This document shows positions 50,722-59,983 of a stretch of DNA of 64,000 nt, in pieces. The DNA is from Actinomycetota bacterium. GTDB lineage: Bacteria; Actinomycetota; Aquicultoria; Subteraquimicrobiales; Subteraquimicrobiaceae. The stretch lies in assembly GCA_030018275.1 (NCBI GenBank), contig JASEGB010000001.1:4380-68379 (forward strand), written 5' to 3'. The first letter of the stretch is position 1; each line of letters starts with the position of its first letter. Below the pieces are notes generated by a model that saw only the letters and a program-made list of their open reading frames with translations, did not search any database and was not told where the DNA came from. Made by a program: the position numbers and the translations under genes.

Positions 50722-51726
50722 TCACCATTCCCTCCATGCCTTCCAAAGGCAATAGGGTAACTTCGGTATGTAATAACCCAAAAACCCGGCGCAAATTTTG
50801 AGTGGACTTTCCCAAGATGCGTCTCCGTGTTCCTTCTCCGGAAGGGATCTAGATTCGAAAATACCAGTTCTATAAGCGTTGTCTAAAGCTGAGTAGGTTC
50901 TCAATAGACCATTCCGTTCGAAATAGCTCTTTACTTGATCCGAAGGGGTACTTAAAAACAGCTCTTTGGGTACACGATATAGCTCCATCAGCTCATCGTA
51001 AATCTCATCCAAAGATCTATCATATCCATGTACCGCGATTTGAAATCTAAGCTCATTATATCGGGCGATGTCGGACTCGAAATTCCTTTGGGAATCGACT
51101 ATGGTCTTTATCGCTTTAACCAGCGTCCTGATCCTCCCTAAATCCCAAATGGGGTCAAATATCCTAATCTCTATGGTGCCCAATCTTTTAGCCAAAATTA
51201 TATCCTGAAATCTATACTCCCAATCCGATCTCAAGCAACCTATGGCAAAAGATTTGGCAATTCTAAAGGATTGACCGAAATATTTTCCCCCGGCATAGGG
51301 AGAATTGACCGTGAGGAGGGCGAGCAGAGGGAGAAAATGGACGAGATTTTTGTGAACACGCTGTTGGTCCTTCACACCACCGATGTGAATTTGCAAGGCA
51401 CAGGTGTTGGTAGGAGCTTCGTAGCTTATGAGGTGACCCAGAGGAATTATTAAGCCCTGGCACATGTCCATCAAATCTTTTCTGCGAGAGGCAAGGTCTT
51501 CAATGAGGGAGTCGACATCCTGATGCATGGAGGTGCTGATCTCTATTCCGCTCATCAGACCCTGTCTTATATCCCTTCCCCGAGCAAAATTGGAGGCTGT
51601 ATGAAAGTAGTAGAATCGGGGATCTTTCCAGAGCAGCCTAGCCAGATAGTAAAGGGATCTAAGGGTTGGTTTTTCCGGCTCTACAATGAAAACTTCTTCT
51701 TCGATACCGAAGATCGCATTTTTCAT
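50722..51726 (-). CDS. Glutamate--cysteine ligase family 2 (YbdK-like) carboxylate-amine ligase
   Basis: FGIEEEVFIV, IEIST, ALQIHIG, NSPY, GTIEIRIFD. Confidence 0.75.
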   Translation of the reverse strand: MKNAIFGIEEEVFIVEPEKPTLRSLYYLARLLWKDPRFYYFHTASNFARGRDIRQGLMSGIEISTSMHQDVDSLIEDLASRRKDLMDMCQGLIIPLGHLISYEAPTNTCALQIHIGGVKDQQRVHKNLVHFLPLLALLTVNSPYAGGKYFGQSFRIAKSFAIGCLRSDWEYRFQDIILAKRLGTIEIRIFDPIWDLGRIRTLVKAIKTIVDSQRNFESDIARYNELRFQIAVHGYDRSLDEIYDELMELYRVPKELFLSTPSDQVKSYFERNGLLRTYSALDNAYRTGIFESRSLPEKEHGDASWESPLKICAGFLGYYIPKLPYCLWKAWREW

Positions 51727-51763
51727 GATCTCACCTCACGGTCAACACTTTAAACTCGTCCAC

Positions 51764-52312
51764 CTAATTCAGCTCTTCCTCTGTTAATATCTTGACTCCT
51801 TCCCTCCTCAGCAGGGAAGCGGTCACACCATTTCCCTTCCTTAAATTATTGGTGAAAGTACCATCGTAAATTCGCCCAAAGCCGCAAGAGGGACTTCTCG
51901 CCTTAAGGATAGCCGCCCTTGCCCCAACCAATTTTGCCAATTTAAGAACCTCGTGAGCTCCTTTTATGCACTGAGTGGTCACATCCACACCCTCTTTGGT
52001 GAAAACACCAGTTCTTCCACCGAGAACATCCTCTCCACTTCCATCCCGAATTTCCATGGGTAAGCGCGGTGTAGGAAGTCCCCCCAACTGTTCAGGGCAA
52101 ACGGGGATGGCCCTGCCTTGACTGACTAGTCTTTGCACCTTCCCCAGAAGCTTGTTTTTCCCATCGTATCTACAATTTATGCCCACCAAACAGGCACTCA
52201 CTATGTATCGTCCCTCGTCCCTCGTCCCTCGATTCCCCTCACACCCTTTTGTGGAAGATATCTTTCTGTGAACGGTGAGCCGTGAACCATGAACCTCCAT
52301 CATGCCTCCCAA
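51764..52312 (-). CDS. DUF523 / 2-thiouracil desulfurase family protein
   Basis: SACLVGINCRYDG, VCPEQLGGLPTPR, KARSPSCG; N-terminal ~35 aa repeat-derived. Confidence 0.88.
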   Translation of the reverse strand: MGGMMEVHGSRLTVHRKISSTKGCEGNRGTRDEGRYIVSACLVGINCRYDGKNKLLGKVQRLVSQGRAIPVCPEQLGGLPTPRLPMEIRDGSGEDVLGGRTGVFTKEGVDVTTQCIKGAHEVLKLAKLVGARAAILKARSPSCGFGRIYDGTFTNNLRKGNGVTASLLRREGVKILTEEELN

Positions 52313-52965
52313 TACACCCGGCTCAGCCCTTCAATCTTAGAGAGCCCTTTTGTGACCTCTTCAGAATGCACACCCGAAGGCATTTCGACAATCAATTTAA
52401 TGGTGCAAGTCTTCCGCTCTTCATCGCACTCCAAATCCACATCCTTTATATTCACACCCAACTCGCCCAGAGTGGAGCCAACCTTTCCCAACTGTCCGGG
52501 TCGATCCTCCGAGATCATGGTCAAAACTCGCCGACCCTTTAAGATTCGCAACTCAACTTCCTTAAAGACGGAGAGAACGATGAGTGTCAAAACGGTGGCC
52601 GCCAAAGCTGGAACATAAAAACCAATCCCCACAGCCAATCCTATTGCCGCCACTCCCCAGACGCTTGCAGCCGTCGTTAAGCCCCGTACAATGCTCCCTT
52701 GTTGAATAATGGCACCCGCTCCCAAGAAGCCGATGCCCACGACGACCGCCGCGGCGATTCGACTTGTGTCCACATATGGCTTTCCGGAGAAGGGATAAAC
52801 GGATACCAGCATGAACAAGGTTGAGGCCATACAAACCAAAACGTGGGTGCGCAAACCAGCTGGCTTCTCAGCTCTTTCCCGCTGGTAGCCTATGATGCCG
52901 CCGAGGAAGGTGGCTAGAACTAACCTTATAACAACTTCTACAATCCCAATCCCAATCCCAATCAT
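52300..52965 (-). CDS. MgtC/SapB family membrane protein with ACT domain
   Basis: KPAGLRTH, GIGFLGAG, GLTTAAS.W; DRPGQL ACT. Confidence 0.9.
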   Translation of the reverse strand: MIGIGIGIVEVVIRLVLATFLGGIIGYQRERAEKPAGLRTHVLVCMASTLFMLVSVYPFSGKPYVDTSRIAAAVVVGIGFLGAGAIIQQGSIVRGLTTAASVWGVAAIGLAVGIGFYVPALAATVLTLIVLSVFKEVELRILKGRRVLTMISEDRPGQLGKVGSTLGELGVNIKDVDLECDEERKTCTIKLIVEMPSGVHSEEVTKGLSKIEGLSRVYWEA

Positions 52966-53278
52966 TTATAATGCCCCCTTTAAACTCCGAACACATGAGT
53001 CAGAAGAATTTTAGCTCTCTCCCATGAACCATGTCCCCTAGCCATGGACCCTTGACCCTTTTTACCAACTTACCTCGTAACTATGATACAACACTTCGAC
53101 CGCCACCATCCATTTTCGATTTAATTAGGAAAAATTCTCCAACCTTCCATGGATTCCTGTATATAAGAAGGATAAATTGTCCCCTCGAATGTCTAAGATG
53201 TAAACCTGACTCGTTAATAGTCAAAATTAAATCATAAGGGAATCTTCGTAAAAAAGTTCGGTTATCCTCAAATTTGGG

Positions 53279-53332
53279 TTGAAATTTTTCCGCCTAGTTG
53301 ATAAGCTATTTTTCGAACAGCTGTTCGAAAAA
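53279..53332 (+). promoter_or_regulatory. sbcDC promoter with LexA box
   Basis: TTGAAA-17-TAAGCT, then the perfect palindrome TTTTTCGAACAGCTGTTCGAAAAA (core 53314-53327). Confidence 0.8.
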
Positions 53333-53343
53333 ATAAAAAATAT

Positions 53344-54639
53344 ATGGGGATGGTGTCATTGAACTCAGTTAGGATCCTACACTTTGCCGATCTACATCTT
53401 GGAATGGAAAATTACGGCAAGATAGATTCCGCCACGGGACTCAATCAGCGCATCTTGGATTTCCTGAAATCCTTCTCTACCTGTGTGGATTACGCTCTCG
53501 AGAATGATATAGCTCTGGTAATCTTTGCGGGGGATGCCTATCGCACGAAAAATCCCTCCCCAACCCTACAAAGGGAGTTTGCAAAACAAATAAGGAGGCT
53601 CACCCGGGCGGGAATAAAGGTTCTGCTATTGGTGGGAAACCACGATGTTCCAAATACCGAAAAACACGCACACTCCCTGGCGGTCTTCGATGCCCTAGAG
53701 GTAGAGGGGGTAATCGTAGCCAGAGACTCAAGGGTCCACATCATCGACACCCATCAAGGAAGGGTCCAGGTGGCAACCCTCCCCCATTTCCCCAAGAGCC
53801 AACTTCTAAAACTCGATGAATACAAGGATAAGACGGTCGAGGAGATAAATCAGATCATGGCCAAGGAGATCGAGTCTGTTGTGGATCATCTGGCAACCGA
53901 AGTGAGAAAAAATTCCGAAATTCCCTCGATACTTGCCGCTCACATTAGCGTATCCACGGCAAAGCTTGGCTCTGAGCAGAGCATCATGGTGGGAAATGAT
54001 CTTACCATATCACCCAGCGCTTTGCTTAAAGATGAATGGGATTATATCGCTTTGGGACATATCCATCGCCACCAAGTGTTGGAGGAATCGCCTCTCATGG
54101 TCTACTCGGGAAGCATAGAAAGGATAGACTTTGGTGAAGAAAAGGAGGATAAGGGCTTCTGCGTCATCGACCTGCCCCGATTCCATCGGGGCAGGTCCAA
54201 AAACGGTGCAACCCCTGCCTGTCGGCAGACACGGTACAAATTCGAAAAGACACCGGCGAGAGAATTCTTAAGCCTTGATATCCAATGCCTTACGACCAAT
54301 CCTACCTTGGAGGTCCTTAGGTTAATTGCCGAGCACAATGTCAAGGACACCGTGATCAGGGTGATGATAAAAGTCCCTCCGCACTTAAGACATCTGGTTC
54401 AAAGGGATGAAATTCTTAAAAGCCTTTCCTCCGCTCATTACATTGCCTACGTGGATGTCGAATCCTTAGGCGAGAATGTTCGAACGAGGAATCCCAACTT
54501 GACCGAGTCCGCGGGACCTCTCGTGGCCCTTGAAGAATACATCTTATCGAGGGAAGAACTCAAAGAAAGGAGAGATGAGCTCCTTAAATTCGCTGGGGAG
54601 CTCATCGGCGAACTCCAGCAAGTCCGCAACGTACCTTGA
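53344..54639 (+). CDS. sbcD: Exonuclease SbcD (Mre11-like)
   Basis: ADLHLG, AGD, GNHD, ALGHIH, YSGS. Confidence 0.94.
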   Translation: MGMVSLNSVRILHFADLHLGMENYGKIDSATGLNQRILDFLKSFSTCVDYALENDIALVIFAGDAYRTKNPSPTLQREFAKQIRRLTRAGIKVLLLVGNHDVPNTEKHAHSLAVFDALEVEGVIVARDSRVHIIDTHQGRVQVATLPHFPKSQLLKLDEYKDKTVEEINQIMAKEIESVVDHLATEVRKNSEIPSILAAHISVSTAKLGSEQSIMVGNDLTISPSALLKDEWDYIALGHIHRHQVLEESPLMVYSGSIERIDFGEEKEDKGFCVIDLPRFHRGRSKNGATPACRQTRYKFEKTPAREFLSLDIQCLTTNPTLEVLRLIAEHNVKDTVIRVMIKVPPHLRHLVQRDEILKSLSSAHYIAYVDVESLGENVRTRNPNLTESAGPLVALEEYILSREELKERRDELLKFAGELIGELQQVRNVP

Positions 54640-54655
54640 GGAGTGCGATGAACCC

Positions 54656-57253
54656 ATGATCCCGGTGGAACTTCGGCTAACCAACTTCATGAGCTACAAA
54701 TACATGCCAGAACCATTGAGCTTTTCTAACATCCACACGACCTGTCTTTCGGGTCCCAACGGACACGGCAAATCCGCTCTCCTCGATGCGATCACCTGGT
54801 GTCTCTGGGGAAGGGCTCGAGGAGTGGATAGGCGCGGGTTGGGTGTCGATGATCTCATCCACCTCCACGAAGATCACATGCAGGTCGAGTTCACCTTTGA
54901 ACTCGAAAATCAAAGATACAGGGTCATTCGATCTCGGGCAAGGGCAGGACGGGGTTCAACGAGGTTAGAATTCCAGATCTTGGATGTCCTGAAGGACGAA
55001 CCTTCAGGGCGGGCCTGGCAATCTTTGACCGCTGATACGATCCATGAGACCCAGGAGAAAATCAACAATATTTTGCGCATGGATTATGAAACCTTCGTTA
55101 ATTCAGCCTTCATCCTCCAAGGCAAAACCGATAGTTTTACCACCAAAAATCCCAACCAAAGGAAGGAAATCCTCGCAGATATCCTTGGTCTTTCCTTCTA
55201 CGATGAACTGGAAGAGAGAGCGAAAGAACGCAAAAGGGAACGAGAGAAGGATGTGCAAATCTCAAATGTCCAAATCCAAAGAATAAATGAGGAATTAGCC
55301 AAGGAAGACGAATACAAAAGGGAAATCGAATCTTTGACCCGCAAACTTGGGTGTCTTCAAGGTGATATCGCCGCCCATGAGGAAAATTTAGGACGCTTAA
55401 GGGAACAGAAGGTGAAATTGGAGAGTAAAATTTGTGAGGCTAAAGAGCTTAAGATGAGGATGTCCCAACTTAAGAAGGGACTGGAAACCATCGAGACTCA
55501 AATTCAGCGATGCCGGAAGGAGATCGAGCGAGCTCAAGAGCTCATCGTCGATGCAGAGCGCATTAGGGAAGGTCATCGTGAGCTCAAAGACTCAAGAGCT
55601 CTTGAAGAAAAACTCGCCGAAAAATCCCGCCGCCAAAATGAAATTCTAAATGCCATGCGGGAGACGGAGAGAACTTATGTCCAAAGCCGAAGCGCTCTTG
55701 AGGCCAAGATCGAGAATTTAAAGAGAAAGGAGATGGAGCTTTCCCTCGATGCTTCGGAGATAAAAGCCCTGGAACAGAAATTGAAGAAAATCGAGGAAGA
55801 GCTAGCCCTTCTAAAGGAAAAAGAGGAAAGGCTGGAGACCTTAAGAGAGGATTTTTTGAATCTTCAACGGAGAAAGTCTCAAGTTACAAGCGAGAGTGAG
55901 ACATTAAAAGAAAAACTGAAGACCACCGAAGAAAAGATAGAACTGCTGGGAAGCCTTCCTGAAGCCACGTGCCCCCTTTGTAAAAAGGAACTTACCGATG
56001 CAGAACGCGAGAATCTTCTAGGCCAATTCAAAGAAGAATTAGAGCGATACCTCATCTCATTGAAGGATAATACCTCAACACTTGAGCAAATCGAGGAAAG
56101 ACTTGAGATTTTAGAAGAGATCGGGGTGACCATCAGGAAAGATCTAGGGGTTAAAGAAGCAATCTTAAATGCGCGAACCGAAACGTGTATGCAACTTCAG
56201 AAGGCAAAAGAAGCGGAGGAGGCTTTGAAAACCTTATGTTTGGAACGGGAAAATTCACAAAGGCAACTGGATACCGGGGAATTCGCTAAAGGAGTCTTAG
56301 CAAAGTTAGAAGAGTTTAAGACCGAGCTCAAAAAATTGAATTATAACCCCGACGAGCATGGGGACTTGAGAGAAAAAATTAAAGAGCTTTTACCTTATGA
56401 GCAAAAGCTGTTTCAACTGGATAACGCCTTGACAAAGATGGAATCCTTCAAGGAAACCCTGCATACCTTTGAATCACAAAAACAAGAAAAGATCGAGATC
56501 CTCAAAGGAGACAGAGAAAAAGAAACCCGGCTTCTCGAAGAGACAAACCGGTTGCCCGAACTGGAAAGACAGATATGCTTAAGGGAAAAAGAACTTGAGG
56601 AATTAAAGAAAGCGGAAAGGGAATTCTCCAATCGAATCGCAATCAACCAAGAATTTTTGAAAAATTGCCAAAATAAGCTCGTAGAAAAAGGGGAACTCGT
56701 TAAAGAGCGAGATCGATGTTTAAGCGAAATTGCCATCTACTCCGATCTGGCCACGGCCTTTGGCAAAAAGGGGATTCAGGCTCTCATCATCGAAAATGCC
56801 ATTCCGGAGATTGAAGACGAAGCCAATAAACTTCTCCACAAACTCACAAATGGACGATTTAATGTGCGGTTTAGAACGCAAAGGAATCAGAAAACGGGCG
56901 GTATCATTGAAACCCTGGATCTAATCATTTCCGATGGAGAACTCGGTGATAGAAAATATGAGCTCTTCAGCGGCGGCGAGGCCTTTAGGATCAACTTCGC
57001 CATCAGGATTGCTTTATCCAAATTATTGGCCAAAAGAGCTGGCGCCAAGCTGGAAACCCTGGTCATCGATGAAGGTTTTGGTACACAAGACAACGAGGGG
57101 AGAGACAGACTCGTCGAAGCGATTTCCACAATAAAAGATGACTTTAAAAAGATAATCGTGGTCACACACTTGGAAGACTTAAGGGAAATGTTCCCCAACA
57201 GAATTGAAATCACCAAAAAACTTGGGTATGGTTCAATGGCTAAGGTGATTTAG
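54656..57253 (+). CDS. sbcC: SbcC (Rad50-like SMC ATPase)
   Basis: GPNGHGKS, coiled coil with CPLC hook, FSGGE, VIDEGFG. Confidence 0.94.
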   Translation: MIPVELRLTNFMSYKYMPEPLSFSNIHTTCLSGPNGHGKSALLDAITWCLWGRARGVDRRGLGVDDLIHLHEDHMQVEFTFELENQRYRVIRSRARAGRGSTRLEFQILDVLKDEPSGRAWQSLTADTIHETQEKINNILRMDYETFVNSAFILQGKTDSFTTKNPNQRKEILADILGLSFYDELEERAKERKREREKDVQISNVQIQRINEELAKEDEYKREIESLTRKLGCLQGDIAAHEENLGRLREQKVKLESKICEAKELKMRMSQLKKGLETIETQIQRCRKEIERAQELIVDAERIREGHRELKDSRALEEKLAEKSRRQNEILNAMRETERTYVQSRSALEAKIENLKRKEMELSLDASEIKALEQKLKKIEEELALLKEKEERLETLREDFLNLQRRKSQVTSESETLKEKLKTTEEKIELLGSLPEATCPLCKKELTDAERENLLGQFKEELERYLISLKDNTSTLEQIEERLEILEEIGVTIRKDLGVKEAILNARTETCMQLQKAKEAEEALKTLCLERENSQRQLDTGEFAKGVLAKLEEFKTELKKLNYNPDEHGDLREKIKELLPYEQKLFQLDNALTKMESFKETLHTFESQKQEKIEILKGDREKETRLLEETNRLPELERQICLREKELEELKKAEREFSNRIAINQEFLKNCQNKLVEKGELVKERDRCLSEIAIYSDLATAFGKKGIQALIIENAIPEIEDEANKLLHKLTNGRFNVRFRTQRNQKTGGIIETLDLIISDGELGDRKYELFSGGEAFRINFAIRIALSKLLAKRAGAKLETLVIDEGFGTQDNEGRDRLVEAISTIKDDFKKIIVVTHLEDLREMFPNRIEITKKLGYGSMAKVI

Positions 57254-57337
57254 GATATAGGTAAGGAGTATGTAAGGCAGCTGAAATTGTTGAGTCGCAG
57301 CTAAATCCCATTAGGATGGGGACAATTTACGACCCAT

Positions 57338-57805
57338 CTATAGTTTCCCCGATTTTTTAACCCAGGAAGGACAGGTCTTCTGAAGACCGTGCTTACTATC
57401 GGAGACCTCAAGGGGTATCAAATTTAAATTACACTTTCCCGAAAAATGACGACACTTAAGACAACCCGACCAGGAGATATGCCAAGGGATGGTCTTGAGA
57501 TGAGCTAAATACTCTTTGAAATGTTGAGGCAACAAATCTTGAAATTTCTCTCGGGCTTCGATCATGCGATCAAAATCTATGGCTGAACACAACTCCGAGA
57601 GAAGACAAAGTCGAGTCAACAATTCAAGGCGCTTGGATTTATCTTGGCGCTTGTTTAATTCACTGACGAGTTTATCTATCTCCTTCTCCAAGATGGAAAT
57701 TTGCTCCCCTACATCCTCGCTCTTCCTCATGAGTTTCTTTTGAATTTTTCCTATTTTTTCAGCTTTCTGCCAATTCCTTCTCGATATCCAAAAGATATCC
57801 CTCAC
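57338..57805 (-). CDS. Hypothetical coiled-coil protein with C-terminal 4-Cys cluster
   Basis: CLKCRHFSGKC...CPSW; start overlaps the translin stop. Confidence 0.55.
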   Translation of the reverse strand: MRDIFWISRRNWQKAEKIGKIQKKLMRKSEDVGEQISILEKEIDKLVSELNKRQDKSKRLELLTRLCLLSELCSAIDFDRMIEAREKFQDLLPQHFKEYLAHLKTIPWHISWSGCLKCRHFSGKCNLNLIPLEVSDSKHGLQKTCPSWVKKSGKL

Positions 57806-58434
57806 TTCTTCTTTAGTCCCTCTTCCAATCTGGCAATCGATTTTTGGAGCTCGCTCTGGCGGAGGGCTGTGGTCAAATCGCCGCGCGTTTTCTGGATTAT
57901 GGATTGAGCAATGTCAGCGGTTCTCCTTAAGCCGCGGGTGATAGCCTCCGGATAATCGAATGAAACCAACGCGTAGTACAGGTCGTCCATGACTTTAAGC
58001 AATTCTTCACCCCGCTTGAGATTACCCTCCCTGATGATGTCCAAGATATGTCTTCTTAGCTCCCCGATCGCTTCGCCCAATCCATTGAGGAATTGTGGAT
58101 ACCCGACACCAATCTCATCTGGATCGGGCAGGGATCCCCCATGAATTAAAGCTAAAGTGACCATGGCTTCAGCATACTCCTTTTGGGCATCTTGAAAAAA
58201 CCCAGCATAATAGATATCTTTGTGCTCCTTGAGTAAATTCTCGGCTTTATCCAAAGCCTCCTTCACCTCAACCAGCAACTCCTCGGCCTCTGAAAATTCG
58301 CCCCGATGGATGGCTCTTATGGCGTTGCTGGAAGCCCTAATGGCTTGACGAGAAAAGGAAAGTCCCTTTTCCCTGGCTAAATTCTTGGAGTCGAAATTCT
58401 CCCGAATTTTTGTGCAAATTTGCGCCAAACCCAT
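57802..58434 (-). CDS. Translin/TRAX family protein
   Basis: ARE..L..SR..IR.S..AI..IHRG, QKEYAEA, GLGEAIGELRR. Confidence 0.8.
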   Translation of the reverse strand: MGLAQICTKIRENFDSKNLAREKGLSFSRQAIRASSNAIRAIHRGEFSEAEELLVEVKEALDKAENLLKEHKDIYYAGFFQDAQKEYAEAMVTLALIHGGSLPDPDEIGVGYPQFLNGLGEAIGELRRHILDIIREGNLKRGEELLKVMDDLYYALVSFDYPEAITRGLRRTADIAQSIIQKTRGDLTTALRQSELQKSIARLEEGLKKK

Positions 58435-58452
58435 CGATATTCCCCCTTAAGA

Positions 58453-59358
58453 CTAATGAATTTTATGAAGACCTTTCCTTCGCTTCACTTCGGTTAAAAT
58501 ATCCCTCAACTCTAAAAGGCTAAAAACATATTCTTCATTACAGAAATTGCACCACATCTCCACCTCCCGTTTTTTGAACAACATATCCTCAACTTCCTTT
58601 ATCCCCAAAGCAATCAGAGCCTCCCTACACTTCTCCTTTGAGCACCTACATTTAAATTGAATATTCTTTATCTGATTGATATTCAAAGTAAAACCCTTCA
58701 ACACTTTCTGTAGCATCCCTTCGGGTGTTTTCTCCTCAAGAAGGAGCTGGCTACAGGAGGGCAAATTTTTCAAATTTTCCTCGATCTCACCGATGACTTC
58801 CTCGCTCACGCCAGCTACAGGCTGAATGAGAAATCCCCCTGCGACTTTAACGGAGTTATCCTCATCAACCATGACACCCAAGACAGTCGCCGACGGTTGC
58901 TGTTCCGAAACGGCGAAATAATGGGTGATATCCTTGGCAATTTCTCCCGAAATCAAGGGCACGCATCCCGTATAGGGTTCTTTCAAACCCAAATCCTTAA
59001 CCACACAAAGCACTCCTTCTTTTCCCATAGCCCTGGCCACATCCAACTTTCCTCCTCGAATCGGAAGGTGAATATGAGGTCTTCTTACAAAGCCGCGGAC
59101 ATTCCCCATAGCATCCGCCTCAACCACTATCTCCTCCAAAGGTCCATTACACAAAATTTGAATTGTCAGCTTTTGGGGAGGCTGCAATAAACTGCCCATC
59201 AGTACACCAGCGGTGAGAGTCCGACCTAAAGCGGCGGTTGCCGTGGGATAAGTCCTATGTTTTCTTCGGGCTTCTTCCACCAAATTTGTGGTTATGGCAG
59301 CTACTGCTCCCAAACCTTCAGGGGTAACGGCTCTCACTAAATAATCCCTCAAATACAT
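58453..59358 (-). CDS. hslO: Hsp33 redox chaperone
   Basis: ATAALGRTLT, SGEIAKD..YF..SEQ, CRCS...CNFC. Confidence 0.94.
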   Translation of the reverse strand: MYLRDYLVRAVTPEGLGAVAAITTNLVEEARRKHRTYPTATAALGRTLTAGVLMGSLLQPPQKLTIQILCNGPLEEIVVEADAMGNVRGFVRRPHIHLPIRGGKLDVARAMGKEGVLCVVKDLGLKEPYTGCVPLISGEIAKDITHYFAVSEQQPSATVLGVMVDEDNSVKVAGGFLIQPVAGVSEEVIGEIEENLKNLPSCSQLLLEEKTPEGMLQKVLKGFTLNINQIKNIQFKCRCSKEKCREALIALGIKEVEDMLFKKREVEMWCNFCNEEYVFSLLELRDILTEVKRRKGLHKIH

Positions 59359-59983
59359 CCCACTTCCCTAAACAAATCTGACCTGCCTGCCGGTAGGCAG
59401 GGCTCCCGAGCTTCAGAGCTATGAGCTTTACATGGTTCACCGTAAAAATTAAGTGTTGCCAATGCGCATGAACCTTACACCTTGAACCTTCAACCTCGAA
59501 CCTAGAACCTAAATTTGTTGCTTTCTTCGCCTCAGACGAATTATGTCTAACCTATAAGCCACTTGTATCATATTTTACCTCATATCATTGATCCCTTGAA
59601 GAAATTCCGGGATCAAGAAGCTCAAAGGATTATAGAAAGAAAATCCCATCCGAATAGGATGGGAATATTAAGGCCCCAAATAGCTTTTGGCTCCTATCTT
59701 TCGAGTTTCCCCTACTTGATATTTGCCTCCCACTACTTGGGGCCAATTGTAAACATACCACGCCACATGACTCTTGTCAAGAAAATTCACAAATATTTTT
59801 TTCTTGCACTTTCTCTCCCGTTCCATATATGCTAAACACTGCACCAGTTTCAAATTTAAAATTTAAAAATCAAAATGCAAAATGACCTGTCTGCCGAGAG
59901 GCAACTGAATTGAGGGAGGGGTAGGTGTGTGTTTATAATACACTTTGACCTCTGCATTTTGAATTTATGATGGGGAGGGAAAA

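Noticed and set aside
54530..54655. N-terminal extension of SbcC in the ORF track
   Set aside because: It overlaps sbcD; the conserved MIP..L.L.NF.SY start is the ATG at 54656.
59563..59853. Short ORFs between hslO and the aminotransferase
   Set aside because: No motifs or clear RBS; this is a divergent promoter region rich in repeats.
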